Shown here piece after piece: positions 39,126 to 50,479 of a stretch of DNA of 64,000 nt. This stretch comes from Octopus vulgaris (Eukaryota): the NCBI GenBank assembly GCA_951406725.2, contig OX597824.1:45446001-45510000 (forward strand), read 5' to 3'. Position 1 is the stretch's first letter. Every line of letters begins with the position of its first letter. Below the pieces are notes generated by a model. That model ran no database searches. It was not told the origin of the DNA and saw only the letters and a list, made by a program, of their open reading frames with translations. The position numbers and the translations under genes are program-made.

Positions 39126-40423
39126 AGAAAATAGGGTATGACTAAAAGGTGATTTGGTTATTTCTAACAAGTGTATAGGCTTTACTGTTTTGCTCGTTGT
39201 TGTTGATAACATTAGTGTACATGTTGCTTTTAGATGACTTTTTGTTGTTTGTCAACAAAGTTGAGACAGCTGAGTCAGTAACACTAAACTGGGCAGTTTG
39301 TTGTTAACTTTACACCAGCTCTTATTGAGTAGATCCATGATAAAAATTATTATAGCCATGACCATCCTGCCTTTTTCCTATTTTTTTTGGTGGTGGTGGT
39401 GGTGGTGATGGTGGAGAGCAGTGTATCTAGGATTAAATTATTCAATGTGTCCTGTTTTAAAATGGTGGAGTGTCGTTTGAGGGAAATTTGGCTACTACTT
39501 CCAGCAAGTCAAGAAACAATATAAAGGTTTCTTTGCTGAAGATAATGATGTTGAACAACCCATTCATCCAACTGAGCTAATCTATGATACAGAGGTAGCC
39601 AATCAAAATATTGAAGTAAAACTGTTAAGACCACGTTCCCGGATATGACATGTGTACAGGATATCTGACATGTGTAAATTCAATTTCCTTCACATTATCT
39701 CATATTTATTGATATTTAAAGGATGCTATCTCATTAACTGTGGCCATGCTGTCCTAAGATTCAAGACTGAAAATGTAGTTTCTGTTTTTAACATAGGAAG
39801 TCTGCTGCAGAAAATTTTGCTGCTACACTGAGCAAGTCAAGTTATAATATAGAAGCTGTCTTGGCTTATGCTGTAGTTGGTAGTGAAAGTAGCTTTTGAG
39901 AGTATCTATGAATGAAGATTTAATCAGAAAACTCAAGCTATGTGCTTTTTAAAATGGTTTTAATGAAATTGCTGTACTTTTTCTGTTTTGAGAAAATATA
40001 GTGCTTTAATTTAAAGTTAATATTAAAATACATGAGCATAAAGCATGGTGGGTTTCAGAAATATATTGATAATAATGTTGAAAGAGTCAAGATTTTCCTA
40101 AAATAAAGTAGAATACTTAACTAGAATATGAAATAATGCAAAAATTATAGATTAGAAAAAGGAGATAACACTTTAAAACTACAATCTGGATGAGTGTTTT
40201 TGAAAAATGAGGTATGCAAGTTTGAAAAAGATATCCACAGAAATATATAACTGACTTTATAACAAGAGTTGCCGGTACATAAACATAACTACTATAGTTG
40301 ACCACAGTAACATCATCTTCCGACATATCTTTATAATGCAATGGAAACAAAGAAAAGAGGAAGAATGATAAAGGAAAGCAGTCAAACAAAGAGAGGAGAA
40401 GGAAAAGTATTAGTACTACTTAC

Positions 40424-40532
40424 CTATCTGTCTCTGGTTCCTTGGGTCCATTGACATTAATGTGTTGATATATTGATGATGGCTGAGGTGGCTGAGGTGG
40501 AGGTGCCACAGGAGGTGGGGTCCTGTACATAC
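40424..40532 (-). CDS. Internal coding exon (109 nt), proline-rich; tentatively Ena/VASP (enabled) post-EVH1 exon
   Basis: Acceptor tattttgttgtgacag|GT, donor AG|gtaagt, open frame xMYRTPPPVAPPPQPPQPSSIYQHINVNGPKEPETD(R/S), phase 1 to phase 2. From recall, ENAH/VASP exon 4 (G..P-rich..NGPS.EE...R) has the same phases and NGP motif. The exon call is fairly firm; gene identity is tentative. Confidence 0.7.
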
Positions 40533-40767
40533 CTGTCACAACAAAATACACACATTCTGTTACTTTTTTAGTGCAAGCAACCATTTTCACTGAGTCACAA
40601 GTCATTTAACTAATGTGTGAGCTTTCGTGCAAGCTGACACTATGCAAGTTACAAAGGCATAAAATTAGACTGTTAATTTTTTTGAATTAAAAATAAAAGT
40701 GTCTTTTTTCCACATATATTTCAACATGAAGGCAGAGAGAATTTTTCAAACTCCATTTCTGACTGAC

Positions 40768-40779
40768 AATTCCCATTTG
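40768..40779 (-). CDS. Candidate 12-nt microexon
   Basis: gtcttccctgctcgctcttcctctgtctcag|CAAATGGGAATT|gtcagt. Frame-preserving in phase 1 with the exon at 40532. Confidence 0.35.
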
Positions 40780-41029
40780 CTGAGACAGAGGAAGAGCGAG
40801 CAGGGAAGACCACGACCAAGCCGGTATACAACGTGAAATAGTAGCAGCTACCAGCCAACCGCATGCAATCAATACTTCATTCCATACAATCCATGCCGAT
40901 CAAGAGATGTACACAATAATGGTAAAATAACATGGGAAGTTTATCATTTCAAATGCCAGCTAGAGAGGGAGAACAATTGGAAATTTCTCCGACAGACATA
41001 CAAAGTTGATTTTAACATGATTTATCTTT

Positions 41030-41072
41030 ACAGAGAGAGAGAGAGATAGGGAGAGAGAGAGAGAGAGAGATA
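41030..41072. repeat. (GA)n microsatellite
   Basis: Directly visible interrupted gaga runs. Confidence 0.9.
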
Positions 41073-43509
41073 GGGGAAGTGAGTCAGTAAAAGAGACAAA
41101 TAGAAAGAGAGAGAAAAGGATAAAAAAGTAATTTTATTAATATTTATGAAAAGCAAATTTATGCAAGAGTAACAAATACAAAAACTATTAGTTTGGTTTA
41201 TATAACTTAGTATAAATTTAAAAGGATTTTATTTAGCATAAAATATCTGTGCTTAGTAGAGTTTTAAGTATAATTAAATGAACATGTGATACAGAAATAC
41301 ATAAATGTAGTGTTCAGGGTGCAACAGCTATATAGCTTTTAGCAACACCTCCACATTTCAGTTAAAGAAATAAGTCACAACTTTTATAAGGAATAATTGC
41401 TAACCAGTAGAAAATGAAAGTAACATTTTGATTATCTCTTAACAGAACACACACACACACATACATACATACGTTACACACACACATGTATACGTTCACG
41501 TGCACACACACACAATATTATTATATCTCAAGTAGTAAACCAGTCTATTCTTTATATAGCAGAATTTCATCAATATATTTTTGTCTGACTATTTCTTCGG
41601 CCATTATCAAATTGATGATCTGAGGGGGTGGAAAGCTAGCAAGCAATGATGTATAGATAAAATGCTATTCATCCAGCTTACCATTTTAACTGCAATCAAG
41701 ATGAAATGAATTATTGGCTTATTGTTCCTTCCCCACACACTTCTCATAATCTGGAGATTTACAACTTAATTTATATAATTTTACAATATTCTTAAAAAAA
41801 CCCTGAAAAACCTCAATAGCAAGTGGACTGTTGTTTTACTGAAATTGCCAATGCCTCAACAGAGTCAAATGAAGTCAATATATGGTTTCTGATTGGGTAG
41901 TTAAGAATACAGATGACAGTTCTTCCAGTTGCAGAATGTTTATATTCTCAAGTATGGTAAATCATTTTTTATCCTCTAACCTTTCTACATGAAACTAAGG
42001 TAAAGCTTTAAAAAGATATATATATATATATATAAATTTTAAAGAGTTACAAAAATTTATACAAGTGAACATTTAACCATAATGATCCCATAATGATAAA
42101 GTTTTTTTTAAAAATTTCTATTATACCATAAAATCATATAAAACTAGTTAGTAGAAAGTAAATATGACTTTTATTACTTTTTATAGAGAATTCTAACTTT
42201 AAGATATATTTACATAGTACCTGATTTTCTATCACCCTCTCTACAACACATTTTAATGATAGCTTTTTCATACTGTCAGGATTCGAATGGGTTTAAAATT
42301 CAGTACCCCTCCATGCCCGACATAACTTTTTCTTTTGAGATTTTATCAAGTCTAATTTTCTACAGATGTCTTCTACATAAAAAGTATGACACACAAGCAC
42401 ACATACCATTGCATGTACACCTGAAACCATACATATACATGACTGGTTTAGTGTGAAGGCATAGTTATGCCAGGATTGAAAAATAAAGAATGAGTAAACG
42501 AAACAGTATACATAACTGCAATATGAAAATGAATAAATAAATAAATGATGATGAACTAAAAGCATTTCTTAATAGCATGGCAGGTATAAAAATAACATAT
42601 TTTAGATAAGTTAATCTGATAGCACATATTTTGTATGAATCAATCTGAAATGTTACAGATTTTAGGAGTGAAAATATTTAGCAAATTTGAGAAGATGCAG
42701 AGCATGGGCCACATTAGGCAAATAGCATAATAGGATAGTTGAAGCAATTGTTCAGACAGGAAGCTTTGTTAGCACAAACTATTACAGAAGATTGCTTCCA
42801 TGACAGTTAAATTACATGGTGACACCAGATGGTATTGGTTAAATTATGTTTAGTTAATTGAATTGATGGTGAACTGCCACATGAAAAATGAAATATTTCT
42901 GATTTTCATTTTAAATTCCAAAAATATAATGGAAACATAAACATACACATATTTTCAATATCTGTGGCATGATTGTTTCTCACACAAGGGTGACAATGAT
43001 TAGATTTCTTGGAGGAGGAAATGAGATTATGATGTAAATACTTTTCTCAAAGACATTAGTAATGTTATAACTGGGAAACCAAAATCAACCCATGCCAAAT
43101 GTTTCTCATTATCCTGAGGCACTTACATATACAAACTGTTATAAATATTTAACTGATGAAAACTATAAGAAACAGCACACAGTTATGGGTTAAATCTATT
43201 ATGAGAGGGAGATGGAGAAAGAGAGAGAGAGAGTAAGAGAGAAAGCAAGAGAGAGAGAGCACGTAACTTCTGTTAGAATCTTTATGGCCCAAGTCCTCTG
43301 CTTTTTAAGTGAGCTAAAGTTAAAGAGAAAGAAGCAAGATAAAATAATAAAATATATATACTGAATTTAATTACTAACTGTACAATCTCTTCAGGGAAAT
43401 GTTCCACCCATCCCATTGATTATCCCTTACTCCTTACCAATGTCCAACTAGAAGGTGAGTAGGGAGGACATATTTATGAGCAGAAGAGGTGGGATTCAGA
43501 AGAGGAAGA

Positions 43510-44950
43510 ATGTGTAGTGAACAAATCTTCACATTACACACCATCAAACCAAGTTGCGAGAGCTAGCAACCACTTGTGGTCAATGTCATTTATTTCAAAA
43601 AGGCCTTTAACAGCCTGCACAAGAAGTCTCTATAGAAAATTGTCATGTTGCATGAAGTGCCCACCTACTACATCAATATTATGTGACCAGATTATCAAAA
43701 CACACCGCTAAGTTAGAACCAAAGATAAGAACATAGAAAAGGTTCGAATTGTCACAGGGGTGCTTTAAGGATGTGTACTGTTACCATTTCTTTGGTTCCT
43801 GCTGGTGGTAGATTTCAACATGAGGAAATCCACAGGCAATCAAGCATTCAGCATCAAATGGGGGACAGGGAAGATTCATAGATCTTGACTTTGCCGATAA
43901 CCCAGGACTCCTTAGTACCACATCTATAGTAATGTAAGAGATGACCAGCAATATCAATAACACCAGCTCCAATGTTGGTCTTCAGGTCAACCTTGGAGCA
44001 ATGAAAGGATCAAAGTATTGCACAGCAGCAACATCTCTGGCTGAAGGGCCAAATTCCAGAGACTATTCATTCATTCGCATATACACTTGCGTCAGAAATT
44101 AATTAGCACTTCTCAAATTTCTACATTAAATAGGTTAAATCAATTAACCTATGAGCTGTTCAAAACGTCTTACGCGATGAGAAAACTTAGTATGGTGTGA
44201 TTTCGGTCCTTGCGAGGCGCTACCTATATCTATTAAACAAAGGAAGATTTGTCTGCATCCGCACTCCAAGTTGTTGTTGCACTGCTATGTCAACATCATA
44301 AGGCTGTAGACTCTCAAACTGCTCTGCAAACAAAGTTACGTCATCGTTCTGCACAACAGTGAACTCGCAACAAAGCAATAGTTCGAGATATGGCCACTAG
44401 GTGACAGCACATACCTTGAGTGAAGAGCAAATCAAGGGTGCTAATTAATTTCTGACGGTAGTGTATAGACAGTAACGCTGCTAACAATAAAAGCTTAGGA
44501 AGTGATGTGGAAAAGAGACTCAGCAAATCTGAAGTTGTCTTCCAGGATCTGAACTGAAAGGTCCAACTCCTCCATCAAACAGAATACCAAACACTGCTTC
44601 TATAAATGTAATGTTATATTGACAGCCATTTATGCCTGTGAGACATGTAAAAGGACCAGCAGAAACAATAGGACAACAGATGTTTTCTACAGAGTTGACT
44701 TAGAACTATACTAAGAATTTCTTGGCATCCCCACATCACAAATGAAGAAGTCATGGAAAGGGCCAGGTTGAGTAACCTACAAGGTATCATCACTGAAATG
44801 GCAGAACATGCCTGGCCATGTACTACACATGCCCATGAAGGGCATAGCAGATGCAGCAGAACTGTCAAAAGCTAGTTGAAGACTGCAGAGGAAGACCTGC
44901 CTGTGTGGAGACTTCTTGCTACCCAATGCTTCAGTGGGAGTAAAAGGGAT
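43510..44950 (+). mobile_element. RTE-clade LINE relic (RT and C-terminal region), split by a MITE
   Basis: FKKAFNSLHKKSL, GCVLLPFL and DLDFADN before the MITE. DVEKRLSK, AIYACET, ISWHPHITNEEVMERA and GHVLHMP after it. Confidence 0.85.
44084..44463. mobile_element. 380-bp Tc1/mariner-type MITE
   Basis: TA flanks; TIR CACT(TG/AC)CGTCAGAAATTAATTAGCAC matches at 24/26. Confidence 0.9.
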
Positions 44951-45069
44951 TGATTTAAGACAATCATCTCTTCTGGTAAGATAATTGCTTCAATTTAGGC
45001 TACCAACAAACCAGGAACTAATCTTAGTTCTGAGAAAGGACATCTAAATTAATTGAACATTTGTAATAA

Positions 45070-45205
45070 TAACCTTGGGGACAAGGTTACATACATTGGA
45101 GAAGGGATGAAGCAACTGAGCCCAGTACTTGACTGGTGATTATTTTATTTATCACACTCAGAAAGATGGCAAGCAAAGTTTGCATGACAAGATTTGAATG
45201 CAGAA
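45070..45205 (-). mobile_element. SINE family B fragment
   Basis: cccagtacttgactggt..ttttatt..gaaagatg..gcaaagtt..gatttgaa is the reverse complement of the core of 46034-46247. Confidence 0.6.
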
Positions 45206-46033
45206 GGAAATTCCATGAAAGTAAACTTTACTATTAGTTACAGTAATAAAAAAAAAAATGATTTCTTAAGAATACAAAACCCTAGCTAAGATTAAAGTGT
45301 ATTACTAAGACTGTGATAAAACAATTTCTGAGAAGGAATCAAACAACTGGTTGTCAAAAATTTTACTTTATTTGCCCATTGAATCTCTTGACAATATATA
45401 ATTAATCAATTGGGTATTAAAAGAATGTGAAGAAACTGGGACGTTATGAAATCTAAGCTTTTCCCAAAGATAAAATAAGTGATGGTGTTCCAGCTGAGCA
45501 CAAACTAGAGAGCACTCTATTCAATATAAGCTCTTCTCATATAGCTAAGCTGCTATGAAACTGGCTATTTTTTTTTTATTTTACAATCATCTCCTTTATT
45601 GCTCACAAGCATATGGATTTATTTAAAAACATTTCCCTAGAGAACACAATCTGGAAGAGTCTCCTGCTAAGAATATCTAACATCCTAGTTAGAACAACTC
45701 CAGTTTCTTCAACTCTTTTCCCCCTTATCCTCATCCCAATTATGGCAACCAAACTGGCTTTGAAGTAAAATTCCAAGTGAGTTATTTTATAAAATTTAAC
45801 TTGGTAACTGTAACTTACTGTTTCTGTAGAGTTTGATTTTTACCTGACATTCACCTTAGACTCAATTATATAAGTATCAGTAATATACTAGATTTGATTG
45901 AAGAAACCATACTTCTACAAAAATTGTCTTAATCAAAATAGATCATTAACATTATTATTTCTAACCAAGCACAATCATAGTCTATTTGTCAAGTATATCA
46001 CTTATGATCACTATTATCATTATTAGTAGCACT

Positions 46034-46247
46034 AAGGCAGTGAGCTGGCAGAATTGTTAGCACGCCGGGTGAAATACTTAGTATTTCATGTCTTTATGTT
46101 CTGAGTTCAAATTCCACTGAGTTCAACTTTGCCTTTCATCGTTTTGCGGGGGTTGATAAATTAAGTACCAGTTGTGTACTGGGTCGATCTAATTGACTGG
46201 CCCCCACCCCAAAATTTCAGGCCTTGTGCCTAAATTAGAAAGGATTA
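46034..46247 (+). mobile_element. SINE family B, well-preserved copy
   Basis: tRNA-like head with A-box-like tggcagaattgttag and B-box-like gagttcaaattcc; core actttgcctttcatc..ggggttgataaattaagtaccag. The motif tattagtagcactaa appears on both flanks, a probable TSD. Confidence 0.9.
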
Positions 46248-46534
46248 TTAGTAGCACTAATTTTCTTGGTAATGCCTAAAGTCTGCATTACCAAGAGAAT
46301 TGTACTAGCATGTTATTTGCAACAGTTCTGATTTCCATTTACATTGTTATTTAGAAAGGTATGAACATAATAGCCTCCTATTCTCTCCTTGTAAGTTTCA
46401 AGCCTATTAATTAATCAGTGATTGCTGTGATATGTGCTTGGCAAAGAGAAATTAACACTCAGTAAAAAATTTGAGATATGATGTTATTAGTATTCTTGAA
46501 AAAGTCATATACATTATACCATTTAACCTTGGTG

Positions 46535-46720
46535 TGTCATCATCAGCATCATCATTTAACAACCGCTTTTCATGCTGGCATAGGTTGGATGTGCCATCAG
46601 GATTCAGTTGGAGGGCTTTACTAAGCTACAATGTCTGCTGTGGTATGGTTTCTACAGCTTGATACCATTCTCAATGCCAACCACTTTATAGTGTAATGGA
46701 TGTTTTTTTTCATGGAAGCT
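46535..46720 (-). mobile_element. SINE family C 3' part
   Basis: (tca)n tail then tttaac..tttcatgctggcataggttgga..ggtttctacagct, colinear with 31851-32030. Confidence 0.8.
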
Positions 46721-46749
46721 GCATTTATAAAGAATTAATTGACAATTTG

Positions 46750-47280
46750 GGGTCAATAGTAGGTGGCTGACTTGATGGTTATTTTAATAACCATTTTCCT
46801 AGGCTGGTTTTGAATGAACTCTCTTCAGTGGAACAGGTAGTGTAATCCTATTAATTGGAGCTGATTGCTTGATGTCAGAATCCTTGATGCAACTGTCAAT
46901 AAAGTGGTATCCTTGAACATGAATGAACTACTAACTTTCAGTATCTCCACAATCCCGAGCTTCATTCGTAATAAAGTCATATCATTACCAATATCACAGT
47001 TATTAAGTTGCTCCCCCACCAACTGATATGGAATTCTTGCAGCCTAGTATGAATAAAACAAATATAAAAACAAATTCAGCACAAGTATCACTATGAAATC
47101 AACAGCCACCAGCTTCCTGGCAGTAATTGGTTACTGTCAATAAGTGGCCTTTCTGAATGGTTTTGTTTGAAAATGAATAGATTTTTGCAACTGGATTCTT
47201 TACTGGATTAATGGCACTAATATGCCTGGATTGGAAGACTAAACTACTTCAAGAATAAATTTAATGATGTCCACTACCAG
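46750..47280 (-). mobile_element. Possible Tigger/pogo relic
   Basis: Minus-strand TLLRMKLGIV and SFKTSLGKW weakly resemble the CENP-B HTH motifs (TL..KL.II, FKAS.GW). Heavily decayed. Confidence 0.35.
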
Positions 47281-48393
47281 CATGAAAAAGAAAAAAAAAA
47301 AGAGTTATATAAAATTATGAGCAATATGAATTAATATTGAAATATATCACAGAATGTTAGGACTTCTCTGAAATGAATCTATAATCATATTTTAAGTTCC
47401 AGAGTGACACCCATTTCATTTCACTCACAAATAAATTTGATCACTCATTTACATATGCAATAAAGTGACTTGTTTAAGTATCTATATTTACATACATATA
47501 TAGAATTACATGACACAACTTTATATTTTTTATTTCCAGTTGACTTCACCACATTAATCTCCTTTTCTCATGACTTTTCTTATTCAAGAGAATCTTCAGT
47601 GGTTCTGGTCAACAGCCTTCCAACTATCATGTGATATTACTTATTGCAAACACCTCTTATTTAAAGTGTTAATCAAACTTGAAAAACACTCAAAGGATAT
47701 AAAGACTCAAGATTAAATGTTTCAAATTTTATATAAATAAAAAATTTCAATAAGTCCTCAATTCAATGTTGAATTTTCACAAACTGCATTTGTCTAAACC
47801 TTTTCTCAAAGCTAAATTGTCATACAAATTATGAAAACTAAATTTAATGCTATATCGAATCAGTTTTATTTATTTTATTTATTTATAAATTTAGCTGTCA
47901 AATTATTTCCAGACTCAACAGAAACAAGACTCCTCCCACTGCTAATCTAATTTTAAAGAAAAGAGTAAGATGCAGTAAAAGAAACCAGTCACATTTCAAC
48001 TTCTTACAGAACTTGCAGTATATCAATATTGTCTACATTTCTATATTCATCACTGCCACCCTTGAGAACTCGGGCAATATCACTGTATTTTCTCAGGTTT
48101 TCCTCTGAAAGTTTATAAATATATCCCTATCAGATTAGAGGGAACTTAGATGCATCACTTTAGTAAATGAATAACATGGGAGATCTGCAATGATAGTCAC
48201 TAACAAATAATTGATTAAGATTGGTAGCCGAGTGGTTAGACTGCTCATAGAGTTTTGTATTTAAACTACTCTACAGCCATTGCAAGAAACATAATTTTAA
48301 CTATATAACCAATATGTTTCACTGCACTAATAGTCATAGTGACTTTAGTTGTTGTTTAGACCCAGGTCAGCCCTAACTGAATAATATGATTAA

Positions 48394-49473
48394 CCCTTTC
48401 GTTGCTAAACCGCCCAAAGCCGCCTGAAAAAAATTTTGGTTAATGTGACCAAACCCGCCCGTATTTACCTATTCATATTTAAATGAGAATATCAGAGCAA
48501 ATCTCTTTAGTACATTCGTGAAAACAAGTGATTATACTTCGTAAACAGTTAATCTACAGTTTTGTACAACGATCGAAGTGTAATTTTAATTCCGTGAATT
48601 TTGGGAGATTTTTTTCCGAAATTTGTTCCTATTGTATTTTCAAAATTTGTAATTCTGACAAAAAATGGATACGAATTTCATTATATCAAGCAGCGAGTCA
48701 GAATTCGAAGGATTTTCTACTGAAGACCTTCATAAATCTAAATCTATGACTGAAAAAAAAAAAAGCACGTGGTATTTGATAATGGATCTGATGTTTCATT
48801 TTCCGAAAGTGAAAACAGTGAATCCGAGAGCTCCGACAGCGATAAAGAAAATGAATTGGCACCTGAATGAAGTGAAAATTTAAAAACTGTTTCTTTCGGT
48901 GATTTTTCTGAAGAAACTGGACCAAGCCACAGACTTTCCCAGGAGAGTAAAGTGATAGACTATTTCTTTTTATTTTTTCCGATGAGTCTATTTGAACTCA
49001 TTACGGCGGAAACGAACCGTTACGCTAAATGTAAACAAAGCGAAAGAAAGCATAGTTAGTGGTTTCCCACAACCTTAAATGAAATTAAGACTATTTTGCC
49101 ATAAATATTATTATGGGTATCAGAAAGTTACCCAGAATAACAAATTCTATCGTAAAATTTTGTTGTATACCCAACTGAATATTAGCTAATAACCCATTTT
49201 CTATAGCGATGTTTGAACAAAATTTTAATAATTTTATATTTTGTTGAATTTACCTGTATCTACCTGCAATTAGAGTCACTTTGTGACAAAAATCATAGTA
49301 TAGAATTGGTTGAGAACATTTCATTAAATTATCTTCCAAAAATCACATTAATATATTGATAAATAAAAAAGTTATAGTTGTTTAATGAAACCAGACTAAA
49401 TTTATGATTATGTTAGAAATTAATTGAAACACATAAGGGGTGTATTTTGGTCAGAAATATAGTAACAAAAGGG
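48394..49473 (+). mobile_element. Internally deleted piggyBac element (1080 bp)
   Basis: TTAA on both sides; TIR CCCTTT(C/T)GTT(G/A)CTA. Acidic N-terminus from ATG 48665, then YFFLFFPMSLFELITAETNRYA...WFPTTLNEIK..INIIMGIRKLP, a piggyBac transposase N-terminal region. The catalytic core is deleted. Confidence 0.93.
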
Positions 49474-49491
49474 TTAAAGGCATTCCGACTA

Positions 49492-50340
49492 CAAGGTGTT
49501 TGAGTTAAATTTGATGATTATTATGTCTTCTTTTTTCAAGAACTGCTTGATGTATTGGTGAACAATCAACAATGTTGGAGAGTATAAAAGTTATAATTGA
49601 GAAAAAGTTAGCTGACATGAAGGACAGGAAACCATCTGAATATTGGAAAAGAGTTACTTGAATCATGATGATTTGCACTAGGTATCAAAATGCTGACATC
49701 ATGACTGCTGCTCAATGCTCTGTGAACACTGTAAAGGTTGTAAAATGTGACATAGCGGGCCATAATGGAGACTATAAAGCTGTGGCCAGCCAGCATTCAG
49801 CAGGTATTCAAACTGCATCTACACACCTGAATTCACCCAACAGGGCTTTAGGCTCAATTTAGATGGCTATGTGAAGCTACTGGATGCACAATAACTGGCT
49901 GGAGAAGGTTCCTGCAGGAATGCCATATGTGTGGCAGAAGGGTTTAGCTCCTTGCTGTACCTCTGGAAAGAATCAGCAGTAGTTGTCAGAGAATTTCTAT
50001 GACTTTACCAGTCCAAATTGCTGGCCTCCTAATTCCCTGATTATAATCCCATGGATTACTATGTGTGGAAGATGGTTGAGAAAAGCACCAACCACTCTGC
50101 CTGAAATACCAAGGCTAAGCCGGTTGCCAAGATCAAAGAGGAGTTCAAAGAACTGCCCATGGACACAGTGAGGAATGAATGCACAAGATTCTGGAGCTAT
50201 CTTGAGGCCATAGTGGAAGCTGGGGTAGCTACTTTGAATAAACTGTTATCTCTCAGCCATAATCTAGTTGATATTTTTGGATAAGATATTGTTTTTTCTC
50301 TTCCTTTTATGGAAACTGTCAAATTGAACCTGAAACCCTG
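49492..50340 (+). mobile_element. DD37D (maT)-type element relic
   Basis: PYVWQ..LAPC.TS..LSENFYDFTSPNCWPPNS..DYYVW, homologous to 60821-61695. Imperfect caaggtg../..aaccctg ends. Confidence 0.8.
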
Positions 50341-50418
50341 TGTCTAATCATTTTAAGGCTATGTAAAACCACATTACTTGTGTTTGCCATTTTATCCAAC
50401 CCAATAACCAGTATATAC

Positions 50419-50479
50419 ACAGACTAGATAAATTAAAAAATCTAAAATATACAGACTAGATAAATTAAAAAATCTAAAA
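50419..50479. repeat. 32-bp period tandem duplication
   Basis: acagactagataaattaaaaaatctaaaa occurs at 50419 and 50451. Confidence 0.95.

Noticed and set aside
40420-40605. Treating the full 61-aa ORF as a gene
   Set aside because: The part upstream of 40532 is intron and the stop codon is part of the GTAAGT donor; only the 109-nt exon is supported.
43145-43200. CTGATGA...GAAA hammerhead-like boxes
   Set aside because: Stems I and II cannot be paired.
46034-46120. tRNA-like A/B boxes
   Set aside because: This is a SINE head; no complete cloverleaf.
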